DNA of 63,657 nucleotides, counting the filler, from Octopus bimaculoides (taxonomy: Eukaryota), in the NCBI RefSeq assembly GCF_001194135.2. It is 5 parts of 4 records of this genome, joined end to end, with 100 filler letters (N's around TTAATTAATTAA, not from the genome) between each part and the next. Parts side by side here need not be neighbours in the genome. Positions count along the whole stretch, not along the records: positions 1 to 11,216 come from NC_068993.1; positions 11,317 to 27,269 come from NC_068981.1; 3 more parts are not named here. One strand, 5' to 3'. Both the position numbers and the translations under genes were made by a program. The notes beneath the pieces are model-generated. The model was not told the origin of the DNA, did not search any database, and was given only the letters and a program-made list of their open reading frames with translations. Within the stretch, counting starts at the first letter, position 1. Each line of letters opens with the position of its first letter. Of the stretch, positions 1-11,859 are shown piece after piece.

Positions 1-69
<69 letters not shown>

Positions 70-262
70 CTCTCTCTCTTTCCCTCTCTTCCTCTTTCTC
101 ACATACACGCAATACACACACACACCAGGCAATCATATAACTCATTACTCAACTTCTCTTCCCCTCTTAATCTTTCAATTTTACAATTTTCACTTCTCTT
201 CCTCCCTCTCACAGTCTCTCTCTTCCTCTCTCTCTCTCTCTCTCTATCTCCCTTTCTCTCTC

Positions 263-296
<34 letters not shown>

Positions 297-319
297 CCNN
301 NNNNNNNNCTCTCTCTCTC

Positions 320-353
<34 letters not shown>

Positions 354-607
354 CCCTTCTCTCCCTTACTTCATTTCTCTATCACTTTGTCAACGTCGTC
401 AATGCACAATATTCTTTCTCCTCATCACTTCATACAACATAGTGAGACACACACACAGACACCATATATGATCCACCAGTCACAGAACATTTTTTACTCT
501 CTTTCTCTTTTCTCTCTTTCTCTCTCTCACACACACACACACACACATTTTCTCTCTCTCCAGCTCTCTTTTTCGCTCCTCTCTTTCTTTTTCTTACTCT
601 TACTCAC

Positions 608-675
<68 letters not shown>

Positions 676-1030
676 ACCCTCTTTCTTTCTCTCACTCCGA
701 GGTCTCACTCATAGTTGGTCATTTCGTTTCTGCTAACGTGTCTTATCTCTCTCCTTTTCTGTTTCCTTTATTCTCTTTCTCTCTCACTCTTTCTCTCTCT
801 CTCTCTTCCTGATGCTACGTGTCTTCTTTTTATCTACCACTCTCTCTATTTAATTTTATTAGTCATATACTCACTGTTCCTCTCTCTCTCCCTCTCGCGT
901 GGCGCTCTCTCCCTCTCTCGCACTCTCTCTCTCTCTCACACACTCTCTCCCTCTCTCTCTCTCCTTCTCTCTCTCCCTCTCACACACACTCTTATCTCTA
1001 ACTCGTGTCCCTTAACTCTCATTTCTCTTT
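1..1030. repeat. (CT)n/(CA)n low-complexity microsatellite block
   Basis: Long CT runs with CA tracts; the Leu/Ser-rich ORFs here are repeat translations. Confidence 0.95.
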
Positions 1031-1289
1031 TTCTCTCACCGAGACATTACTCCTCCTGTCCTGCATCATCAGGTCATGTAGGGTCAACATTGAAGGTGAC
1101 TACACTTCACATACACCCACAGACATTATGCTGTGTTTTTCACGGAAACACTTCTCGTTTGCTCTTCTTATCGCTTAAGATCAAATAACCACATAATTTT
1201 CGCCTTGCTAGAAATAACAGCAAATCTCCCATTTATTACATACTTCAGTCCTAAAACTGAGAAGACACATTGGATGACGTGGTCCTGTG

Positions 1290-2096
1290 CTCATATCCCT
1301 CAACTAGTCGGACAATGCAGTCGGTGGAAGCTCCATCATGGCATACTTTAGGGGACCAATGGCGGCAAAGTGCGATGACGAGAATCAACTAGCTGACCTG
1401 CTCCAGAGGACTATCGGTCCAGACATTATGGATGGATAATTCCAAGAAGTCCTTGGCCTCGTAGTGGCACCGGGGTATAGAGGGTGGGGGATTGTCGGTT
1501 CGAGGTAAACTCTATAAGCACTGTCAGAGATGGTGTCAGCTGGACTTGTCGTTCTGCGCTCAAAGCGACGAAACCAGTCTGAATACATTCGTCCTTGCCC
1601 GAGCATTGTCGACACACGGGTTTACGTTGAGCAACTGCTGTCATGTACAGGACAGATCGGGTTATCAGCTGAGTCCATTGTGAAAATTACCCTGTCGAAT
1701 TCCTTTAGTCAAGAAGAGCAAGTGATGTTTCTCTGTCTAATGGCCAAAGCGAAAGTGGTAAGAGGTTGTGTGATGGATAAGGCTTCTTGGGCCAAGACCT
1801 CATCAACTTTTTCAGTTTGACTAGAAAAGTGAGGGTAAAGAGGGAACTGTCGCCTTCATACAAAATTTGTTGAAAGGTGAATGAGAGAGGTGAGCATGGT
1901 CCGAGGGAACTGGTCTGCTCTGCGCATGCGCTTTTAAATTGGAGGAGGGCCGAATAGGGAGGGTGCTTGTCTAAGTGGTCGGAGTTGTAGTGCTTTTTAT
2001 GGGATTTTTGTTAGCTCCCTGTTTTTGTTGTAAATCTATACATACGTGCTAACTCCTGTGTGGCTATGCCAAGTGCACCAATTACCACAGGAATAA
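1290..2096 (+). mobile_element. Degraded 3' end of a Tx1/L1-clade LINE (ORF2 C-terminal zinc-binding region and 3' UTR)
   Basis: Frameshifted peptides DNSKKSLA, LSVRGKLYKH...CAQSDET, CPSIVD.RVYVEQLLSC...LSAESIVKI and QDLINFF..RKVRVKRE resemble the C-terminus of Tx1-like ORF2; interrupted at 2097 by the Chapaev element. Confidence 0.6.
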
Positions 2097-2488
2097 CACT
2101 GGTCAACAAAATAAATATTCTATTCTGTCATAAAATCTTAGAAGTAATTTAGACTAATTTTTGGGTGCTGATTCCAAAACTGACCTGATTTGTTTTATCA
2201 CATCATGTTTTCGCGCCATCGGTATATACCTTATCTGGAGCATACCAAAAGTTAACTTTACACCACTATTTGTGGGAATTTTGGCTACATTGTCATGCTA
2301 ATTTTGGAAAATATGTTCAAGCTGAGTTTTGCTTTAAAACCCTTTCTCTTATTTTCAGGTGTGGGCTGAACCACTGTGATCTAGTTATGGATACAACATA
2401 AAAAAGAAGGAAGTGCTGTAATGACCCCGATATCTTATCACATCTGTGGAAACTTCACTCCACAAGCTCAAACGCGCAACATTAACTT

Positions 2489-2718
2489 TATTTACATTAT
2501 TTACATTTCACAGATATTTGTCTTCATCTTGTTTGTTGTTAACATAACATTTCGGATGATGTACTCTCCAGTTTTCATCAGTTGTCCTGAGAGAATTTTG
2601 AACCTGGGTTCTCATTCCTAAGGTATTTTTAACAACAAACAAAATGAGGACAAATGTCCATCAAATGTAAATAATGTAAATAATGTACATAATTCCCCAT
2701 CTCTCAAATATAGAACTA
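2489..2718 (-). mobile_element. Penelope-like terminal fragment with inverted partial copy, inserted in the Chapaev transposase
   Basis: 2489-2628 is the reverse complement of the repeat at ~31305-31445; 2629-2718 repeats its 3' part in + orientation; the transposase reading resumes after it (RNIN | NNFVKKVYL). Confidence 0.7.
2539..2587 (-). ncRNA. Degenerate type I hammerhead motif
   Basis: Minus strand gacaa CTGATGA aaactggagagtacatcatcc GAAA tgtt atgtt; stems II and III eroded. Confidence 0.5.
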
Positions 2719-4688
2719 TATTAATAACTTTGTCAAGAAGGTGTATCTTTCTTACTTTAAAGTAGCATTTGGAGATTAGGAGAAAACCTGAGCTCCCCCA
2801 GAAAGTTTGCAAGACCTGTCTTGAAATTTTGCAGTTGTGTTCTCAAGGAAAGAATACGATGCTCAAGTTTGGTGTGCCAATCGTTTGGAGTGAACCAACG
2901 AACCATGTGGATAACTGCTACTTCTGCTTTGCTAATGTAAAAGGGTTCAATACAAAAACTAAACGACACTTGCAATACCCAGATATCCCGTCGACTGGTT
3001 ACACACTCCGAAGAAATACCTGTAGCTGTATCTATTGAGCTGCCACAGATTGATGATGAATCCCTCAATTCACCTGCTACTGATGAAGATGAACAGTTTA
3101 TGCCATCTGATACAGACTATAATAATTTTTCTCTGTCTAGTCAGCCTGAATTGAATGATCTGATCAGGGAAGTGTATTTGCCAAAGCAGTCTGCTGAATT
3201 GTTGGCTTCCAGGCTGCAAGAGAAAAAAACTGCTGAAATCTGGTACTTGTGTCTCTTTTTATTGTAACACAGAAGCAGAACTGTGGAAGTACTTCCATTC
3301 AGATGGTCAGTTTGTTTATCATAATGATGTTGAAGGGCTTCTTCTCAATATGGGAGGATATGTTTCGCGTGACTTTTAACTGAAAGCTCTAAAAGAAGCT
3401 TGAAATGTGTTTTATTTCACAATGGGCGTGTTTATGGCTCAATTCCAAAAGGATACTCTGTAAAAATGAAAGAGGAGTATGCCAACATCAAGACTGTTCT
3501 GGAAAGGTTGCAAAATCAAGTTCATGTCGATTTGAAAATGGTAAACCTTCTATTGGGCCAGCAAGGAGGTTACACTAAGTACCCTTGTTTCCTGTGCCTC
3601 TGGGACAGTAGGGCTACAAAGAATGAAAAAGAAAAAGCCTCCAAGAAACAGTTTGATGTTGGGTGACAATAACATCATTAATGACCCTCTGGTTGATAAG
3701 AAAAACGTCGTCTTCCGTCCACTGCACATAAAGCTTGGTGTGATAAAGCAATTCATCAAAACTCTTGATCAGGGTGGAGACTACTGCAGATATATATGTA
3801 CAACTTTTCCAAGTCTCAGTGATGAACAGAAGGCAGGAATATTAGATGGACCTCAAATAAGAATACTCTTCATGGGTCCACATTTTGTTACAGTAATGCA
3901 TGCGGCGGAGGCTAGAGCTTGGAATGTCTTCTCCGATGCGGTGCGGAATTTCCTTGGAAGCAGGAAAGCTGACAACTATCAAGAGATTCTGGAGGAGTTG
4001 CTCTTGAGTTTGTAAGCACTTGGATGTAGAATGAACATTAAATTGCACTACTTACGGATTCACTTGGGTGAGTTTCCAGAGAACATGGGTAATGTTAGCG
4101 AAGAACAAGGTGAATGCTTTTATCAAGACATAAAAGTAATAGAAGAATGCTACTAAGGTCAATGGGACTCAAACATGATGGCAGATTACTGATCGTGTTT
4201 ACCGAGAGACATTCCAGAAACTGTGTACAAGGAATCGTCAAAAAGAGGAAGTTCTTGCTATAATAACATGATCAGAATGAATGATTACAATGAATAGAGA
4301 TTTTGTATTCATATTTTGTTATCACCAAGTTTAATTCTTACATGCTAATGTGCATTTACTCTCACAATTTTGTGCTTTGGTTTATTAGATTAAAAAAATA
4401 CATATAGTCAATTAAAAATTTATCTACGAGTGTTTAATTCTCCCTTTATGAGCATTGAATAGCTATTTCAAGCAAAACTAAAATATTCTATATCTCAAAA
4501 ATCTGATCTGATAGACGAAACCTAATGCCAAATTTGAATTCAACATCACAAAATTAGCTAAAGACAATTGATAGACATATGCTGACCGGTGTAATAGTTG
4601 TCTTAGTCTTCTACAGCATCTTTGGTTCTCTGATATTTCTCTATTTTTTCAATTCCTTTGTTTATTAGTATAACTATCACTTTTATTA

Positions 4689-4755
<67 letters not shown>

Positions 4756-4759
<4 letters not shown>

Positions 4760-5030
4760 TCCGCCTTCACTAAGGCGGAGGTATTGTTTTCAGTCGTGTT
4801 TGTTTGTTTGTTTGTCCATGGATAAGATGTCTCAAGAACCGCTGGATGGATTCGCATGAAACTTTCATGGATGTTTGGCCTCGTGACTGGTACGAACTGA
4901 TTAGATTTTGGGATCGATCCGGTATCGGACTGGATTCTGGATTATTTGTTATATTTACTTTACTTTTTTACATGAAGTATTACGATCTTAAGTTGACTTT
5001 CAAGTCTTTCTCTGATTATCTACCTTGAAG
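4756..5030 (+). mobile_element. Non-autonomous Helentron/DINE-1-like (HINE-type) element
   Basis: Perfect 12-bp hairpin TACCTCCGCCTT-cact-AAGGCGGAGGTA at 4756-4783 after an (ATT)n tract, then a (GTTT)n microsatellite and 'gattagattttgg..gatccgg' typical of HINE-like repeats; 3' limit approximate. Confidence 0.5.
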
Positions 5031-5714
5031 CACGCTCATGGTTTCAACCTAAGTTATGGCTACGTTGCTGCTTCCAAAGTTTTATTTTCGTTTCTGTATT
5101 ATTAATTTTACTCGCGTCTCTATCTTAGTAGAAACTGATGGATAAAGAAATCAAACTACATAAACTATGGCAGCGAAACCGTTCAGAAATTAAATAACAC
5201 TAACAAATTCAGTAACAATAATAAATTTAATTTATCCTCGTCAATTTTTAGTTTTACGCCTCTTTACGTTCTGAGTTCAAACTTTCCGAGTTTGATCTAG
5301 CCTTTCAGTCTTCCAGTTTTGTCGACATATTCCTTCCACCAAAATATATGACCTTTCACCTATGTTAGAAATAACCATAATTTGATAAAGAGCAATAGAT
5401 CAAACTACACAACTTCTTAATAAATGGCAATATATGTGTGGTCACTCAATCTGCTAGAAATAGCAGTCAAATATCTCTTTTGTGTACAGTATCTAGAGCA
5501 AAGTTTTCTATGTCTGAAATTGAGATGGATGATCATGGGTAGAGCGTCTTTGATCACAACTCAGCAATGGTTAGTAAAGACCTAAACGACAAATGGAACG
5601 TCGCTGGGAGGCATGAAAGCCATTACTTCCGACATGACTATCTTCATGAATGGCCCATACTTTTGAACCTGAACTAAATAAAGCAAAATCTCTCTCACTC
5701 TCTCTCTCTCTTTT

Positions 5715-5773
<59 letters not shown>

Positions 5774-6779
5774 NNNNNNNNNNAAACAAACATTTTTTTT
5801 TTTTGCTATTTTTCAACCTCAGACCTATCCTCGGATGAGATGATGGGCACAATTGTTAGGAAGCTGACGATTTGGCACGATTGACAAGACATTCAGCCTG
5901 TTTTGATGACAGTATTTTTGACGTTGGAGGTAAACACACACACACACACACACACATACACACGCACGCACACACACACACACACACACACACATACATA
6001 CACTCACGCACAAACACACTTACACACACAACCGGGCGCGCGCACGTACGAGCGTGTGCAAAAATGTATGCATACAGATAGGAGTGAAAGAGAGGGAGAA
6101 CGCTCACAGAGATAAAAGGATAAAAAAGAGAGGGAGGGATAGTGAGACATTACAATTTGTTAATTGAATACAACTGACTTAAACACTTTTCCTCTCCTCA
6201 TACACATAGAGAGAAATATGCTCACACACATAAAGAGAGAGAGAAACGGGCGGGAAGGGGAGTAACATTAAAAAAATTCGCTATCAAATAAGTCAACGTC
6301 AAATTAGCAACGCCAAACAGGCTATGCCAAAATGTCTTATACCCAGCCAATCCTGTTCGAACAGGCCTACTGTCAAAGCCTTTATTTATTTTTTTTTTTT
6401 AGCTATGATCATCTTATGATCATCCTATCATTTTTCAAGCAAAGTGTATCCCATACTACTTTATCGATTGACTTCCTTTCTGAAGAACGGTGTGTGTTCT
6501 CAATAATATGATTGCTATTTCTACCTATCGAGAGACCATATCGAGATTCCTCCTTGTCTAGTGACGTTTATATGCACAAACGTACTGAAGCGTGTCAACA
6601 CAATAGCAAATAATTTGACTATCCAAGATATATTTATTGTTAACGCCCTTCAATGCACCAACAGGTGTCGCCACAAATGTACACAAATACATATACATAG
6701 ACACATACATACAGACTCACACACACAAATAAACTCAACATATAGTCTCATATAGCTACGACGCAATAGATTGTTATCA

Positions 6780-8270
6780 ACCAAGTAATCGACCCTCACA
6801 AACCCTCTTACATCATCACAATGGGTGACCTCGAAAATAGAGCAGGAAAATATCTAGTAAAATTCTCCCCAAGTGAAAAAAACACTGACAAAGACCAAAT
6901 ATTTTCTGGTCAAAAGACCTAAATTCACTCCCCAAATGAGAAACAGCTTTTACAAGTCTAAACAAAGTTAAGTCTAAATGAAAGCATTAAAATAAGATGG
7001 ACCCATAACAGAATGCAGAAATAGGAGCTCTGCAATAGTGACAATGACCTTGCACTGAATCTAGCATAACACTACAAGCTCCAGAAACAACATCAGGCAA
7101 AATGGAACATACGATCGACAAACTGAAGTTAGGTAAGTTTCGCCAGGCAAGAGAACATTACACCAGAAAATATGCAAAAGCAAAAGCAACGAAGCAAATT
7201 TTTACCTGATTCCTCAAGCAAAGTACAATTCCTGTATGATGGCACAATCCAATAATCATTCTACCACACTAGTAAAAGAAGAAATTGCCAAACTATCAAC
7301 CTTAGTGTCATATACAAGTTAATTACCTTCTAAGAACAATACGAATGTTATTCCTTATAACCATGACGAACATAATTGCCAAACAGTTGGACAGAAACAG
7401 CCACGTGAACACGCGAGATTTCTAGGTAGGTTTTTCCACCATTGACCACGTACATAACAAAACCAACTAGTCGAAAAACCGACAGAATACAACATTCCAT
7501 TCTGCGAAGTCAGCATAAACTACCAAAAAGTATTCGACACTATATGCTAAGTTGTTACTCCAGCAGTCTTGACACTTATAACAAACCAAGATACGCATCT
7601 TGCAAACCATCAATTATCATGTCAGTTCTTTTATCAGATTAAACAGATTCGGACAAACTTCCCTTTTTAAAAAGCGCAAGACATAGAAAATGTATTTTCC
7701 TTAAACTACCCAAAGTTTACTCAAATGTGATTTGAAACAGGAGAAAAAAATTAAATAAAAAATTTGTAGTCTGGTTGGACCACCCCGTGTCGAGTTATTC
7801 GACCAGGCTATAAAACGTGAACTATACACTTCATCCATTTGAATCACGATTTTCATTCCTTCCTTCATCAAACACTCAAAACAGCAAATGAAAATATGAA
7901 GTTTCAGGAAGCTTGAGTTCAGCCAAAATCTCAAACATATATTTAGGGCCTAAGTTACTGCACTCACTGATATTTACAATTGATCGAATCAACATTGTCA
8001 AATTCCAAAAATCGGAAATTATATGAATTCTAAAATAAACAAGGGCAGTTACATCATAGAGATCCATCATTCTCTTCGTTACACCCTTAAAATCAGAGAA
8101 AGATAACATTAACCCACAAATTCCCATTCAGACAGAAATAATATACAACACCCAAGAGCACTACTATACTCTAATAACCACTACCTCTCTCATTCGACCT
8201 ACAAAAGAAGCATCATGAATAGATACACAGAGAAACTGTTGTAACGTCTTTTAACCCACGATAAGGATTT
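6780..8270 (+). mobile_element. Old, highly degraded RTE-clade LINE (end of APE through RT)
   Basis: Residual peptides IITMGDL (GDFN-like), QKQPREHA, STIDH, LVEKPTEYNIPFC..INYQKVFDTI match the RTE QPREQAGFRSGFSTIDH and DYQKAFD motifs; many stops; 3' limit uncertain. Confidence 0.65.
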
Positions 8271-8641
8271 TTTCCAGTGTGAATAGCATATGTATCTTTT
8301 ATTGTGTATGTTAATTGGTGAGGATTGTCTCGTCTGATCGATTATTATAGATAGACGAGCAAACACACAGACACACTAAAGTGTCGATGTGCACACACGC
8401 ATGAATATGATTATTTCGAATGGCCGTCGGACAACTTGCTCTATTCAGATATAGGTGGATTAACAGATAGAAAGACAAATGCATACATGCCTACATGGAC
8501 ATATATATATATATATATATANNNNNNNNNNNNNNNNNNNNNNNNNNNNNNNNNNNNNNNNNNNNNNNNNNNNNNNNNNNNNNNNNNNNNNNNNNNNNNA
8601 TATGTACGCACATATACAACATACATACATACATACATATA

Positions 8642-8724
8642 AGAGGGGGTGCTGAAAAGTTACTGGGTTTGGGTAAAAGGAAATACAGGAGGATCAGTTA
8701 ATTATGATGTTATTCAACATATTT
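8642..8724 (+). mobile_element. Mariner-like terminal inverted repeat fragment
   Basis: TA|AGAGGGGGTGCTGAAAAGT resembles the TA|CGAGGG..AAAAGT ends of mariner MITEs; no partner end found. Confidence 0.45.
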
Positions 8725-8732
8725 TGAATAAA

Positions 8733-9150
8733 AATTTGATCTACTGCATTCAATGCCCGAATTGCGTGGAACTCTATACTGGCTAGAGAGGGAATGCATT
8801 ATCGGAACGCTCACAAGTCCACAGACAACAAATCCGGAACACTAATGTTCGCCGAATTCCATCGAGTGAATATATAGAAGCATGTGGTCAGAAAATGTTT
8901 CTAATTTTTCGTGGAGCCTCCTAAGAGGTATTAAAAGGAAAAAGTCAGTCATTTTACTACAGTTGTCAAGAACTCGACTGTCAGTTCAATACATTCTGAA
9001 ATCTGATGATTACTACGAACGTATGAAAGCGCTAATTGAACTTTATGAACATTACAAAATATTTTTTAATGTTTAACACACTTCAACATTGTAAACATTT
9101 TTTTTAATTATAAAAAACGTGGAAATGAGACCATGTTTTAACTTTATTCA
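8733..9150 (+). mobile_element. Penelope-like element 3' fragment: GIY-YIG endonuclease remnant and hammerhead-bearing tail
   Basis: 8733-8910 reads NLIYCIQCPNCVELYTG*RGNALSERSQVHRQQIRNT (GIY-YIG: xIY..C..C...YxG, ER..H), followed by a hammerhead motif at 8983-9042. Confidence 0.75.
8983..9042 (+). ncRNA. Type I hammerhead motif, near-canonical
   Basis: CTGATGA 9003-9009, stem II tac/gta with a T-T closing mismatch, GAAA 9025-9028, palindromic stem III A-GCGC-T, site CTA/ at 9032-9034, stem I aat/att plus agttc/gaact. Confidence 0.6.
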
Positions 9151-9154
9151 TCTG

Positions 9155-9185
<31 letters not shown>

Positions 9186-9618
9186 TATAAAGAGGAAAAC
9201 CATCAGTTTTAAATCTCTGAGCGGGAAGTAGTAACAGTTCTACAGAGTAAATTCTATTTGCCAACTAACGTTGGCAGTCCTGCCTAGGTTGATGTCACTC
9301 TCTATTTTAGCCCCAGGAAACAACTTTTCCAGCTGGCTACCGGCGCACATCTGCGTCCTTATACCTCGAACAAGGAAACTAATGTCACCACTCAGCCTTA
9401 AACGATACTTGCAGACCATGGTTTCTGGGTTATTTCCTTTCTTCGGCACCGAAAAATGCAACTTTTGGGACTTACGACACTTTTGCATAATAGCAATGAT
9501 ATTTATGTATATATATATATACACACATTAGCGAATCGCTAAATCATCCATTAATTAAGATGACGAAAGCATATATATTAATAGAGAATCAAGCCGAAGA
9601 AGGCCGAGATCGAGCGGG

Positions 9619-9667
9619 CTTAACTGATGAGGCAACAGAAATCGCCAAAACTGATGTCAGTGTTAAG
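9619..9667 (+). ncRNA. Decayed type I hammerhead motif
   Basis: cttaa CTGATGA ggc-aacagaaatc-gcc AAAA ctga-tg-tcag T G ttaag: stems I, II and III all pair, but G12 is A and H17 is G. Confidence 0.65.
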
Positions 9668-9944
9668 AGTTATCGCTACTTTTCGGACGACTCAGGTCCC
9701 TGTTAGTGTTTATGTTTTCATTCATGTGCGTTAATTACAGCATTAGAGCATTTTAGCTCTTCTTTCTAGCAATGTAGGTGTTTCTTAACACCCTGGTCAC
9801 ATTTAGTGACAATTAGAATTCTCCTTTTGATGAAACATTGCAACCTGCTGTTTATATCAATTTTGTGTGTGTTTCTCTGTGTGTGTGAGTGTGTGTGTGT
9901 GTGTGTGTAAGTGTATATTTGTGTGTACTTGTGTGTATGTGTGT

Positions 9945-10170
9945 GCGCGAAATAGGGAGTAATAAACAGTCGGCAACTGAGAAGGTGTTAGACTTCTCTT
10001 CGTATATTGTCCGTACTTGTCTCTCGTTATGTGTTTACGTATTTTTCACTCGTTGTTGATGCCCTATTCTTATTGTGTATTTTTTTGATATTTTGTCCTT
10101 CACTTATCCCTCGTAGGTTTACGTGTTTTTCGCTCGTTGGTGACGTCCTGTAATTAATGTGTATTTTTTA
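9945..10170 (+). repeat. Dispersed repeat (probable PLE-terminal family), related to minus-strand copies at ~27410-27950
   Basis: Shares 'cgaaat..ggagta.ataaacagtc.(g/a)caactga(t)gaa' and 'gacgtcctgta' with the reverse complement of 27410-27950. Confidence 0.5.
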
Positions 10171-10242
10171 TCTATTTATTTATAATCGAACGCCACGCAG
10201 CTTTGTCCACATTAAGTTCTTACATTTATTTGTATATATATT

Positions 10243-10304
<62 letters not shown>

Positions 10305-10976
10305 CATATACGTGTGGGGGGTGCGCGCGTGTGTGTGTGCATATGTATATATACATCTCCCTCAGGTACTCCTAATGTATATATATGCATGTATTGATCT
10401 ATATATGTGTGAATATATATTTATGTATGTGTATATTTGACTATGTGTGTATGTACGTTGTATGTGTTAGTATATGTATGTATATGTGTATGTATATGTA
10501 TATATGTATATATATATATGTATATATTGCGTATGTCTATGTATATGTGTGTGTATTTATATGTGTATACGTATATGTGTGTGTGTATATATCTATGTGT
10601 GTGTGTGTGTGTGTGTATGTGTGTATGTGTGTATATGTATGCACATCTATGTTTTATGTATATAAATATAAATGTGTGCCTGCGTGTATGTTTATATATG
10701 TATCTCTATATTGTAACATACAACATTTATGTTACAATACTAATTCATATTTGGTAATTATTTGAATACTAATGATGTTTATTTAGTTATTAATTTTAAT
10801 TATACTACTCAAACCCACTTTAATTTATCCAAAAATCTGTTTATTTATTTATAGTAATTCTGTCATTTTGGGTTTTGTTTTAGGTTGTTTTTTTTTTTGT
10901 AATTATAACACAGTGTTCGTATATCAAAGTCAAGATGGTATATAAAAATCGTGATGTATTTAACAATTAACCATTT

Positions 10977-11128
10977 TCACCTGATGAGGTAGCCCAAATT
11001 CTGCATTAACTTCAGTGAACTTTTCGTATTTCGAATTAATGCAGACATGAGAGTAGCTTATTTATTATTAAATACGATAATATACGGTATTTATAAGCTT
11101 TGGGACTACGGAAGCAAACTGGTCGTGA
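10977..11128 (+). ncRNA. Type I hammerhead motif with a branched ~120-nt stem II (two core lesions)
   Basis: tcac CTGATGA g gtag-cccaaa [hairpins tctgcattaa/ttaatgcaga and gcttat/ataagc] tttggg-a-ctac g GAAG caaactg GTC/ gtga. Confidence 0.65.
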
Positions 11129-11174
11129 TATTTTGATGCTTATTGTTGAATAAAGTTCATAATAGTTGTCCATC

Positions 11175-11216
<42 letters not shown>

Positions 11217-11316
11217 NNNNNNNNNNNNNNNNNNNNNNNNNNNNNNNNNNNNNNNNNNNNTTAATTAATTAANNNNNNNNNNNNNNNNNNNNNNNNNNNN
11301 NNNNNNNNNNNNNNNN
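11217..11316. other. Artificial assembly spacer (44 N + TTAATTAATTAA + 44 N); identical spacers at 27270-27369, 44362-44461 and 62553-62652
   Basis: Four identical 100-nt constructs; TTAATTAATTAA puts stop codons in all six frames. Confidence 0.95.
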
Positions 11317-11450
11317 TGTGTATCAAAAATATCGCTATCAATCTGGAGTAATAATTTGTAGTTTTGAAATCAGTAGTTCTTTGACTGCTATTTCTGAATT
11401 CTCAGTATGTTGGAGAAGCAGGTTACTGTCAATCCCTATATATTTATGAT

Positions 11451-11507
<57 letters not shown>

Positions 11508-11593
11508 CGCGCGCGTGTGTGTAGATATACGCACGCATATATATATTCTTTATTCTCTCTTTTATATATATATTGAGAGAGAGAGATAGATAG

Positions 11594-11624
<31 letters not shown>

Positions 11625-11859
11625 NNNNNNNNNNGAGAGAAAGAGAGAATGTGCATAAAGTAGGTCAACACGGATAAGTTAACCGAGGTGTTTACGTTAG
11701 GAAGCACTCCCATGGAGAGCTTGTGAAAATTTCAAAAGAGGAATATCCTGCAAAAAAACTGCTGTTTTGAATTATCAGAGAATCCCTAAGTTTATTTTCC
11801 GTTGTAGATTATGAAGAATAAAAATTGGGGATTGGAGTTAATGCCATTGCTTTAATTCC

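Larger units (their letters stand above)
2388..4262 (+). pseudogene. Chapaev-like transposase pseudogene (multiple stops and frameshifts)
   Basis: Motifs VCKTC, WSEPTNHVDNCYFC (H-X3-C-X2-C), SKRSLKCVL, VDLKMV, YPCFLCLWDSR, LHIKLG, DGPQIR, NFLG, VSEEQGECFYQD occur in order across shifted frames. Confidence 0.85.
2097..4591 (+). mobile_element. Chapaev3-type (CMC superfamily) DNA transposon, both ends present, defective
   Basis: TAA|CACTGGTCAACA ... TGCTGACCGGTG|TAA: CAC/GTG termini, imperfect 12-bp TIR (10/12), 3-bp TAA duplication at 2094-2096 and 4592-4594; transposase motifs inside. Confidence 0.85.

Noticed and set aside
11261-11272. TTAATTAATTAA as a piggyBac target or homeodomain site cluster
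   Set aside because: It always sits centred in exactly 44+44 N, so it is an assembly spacer.
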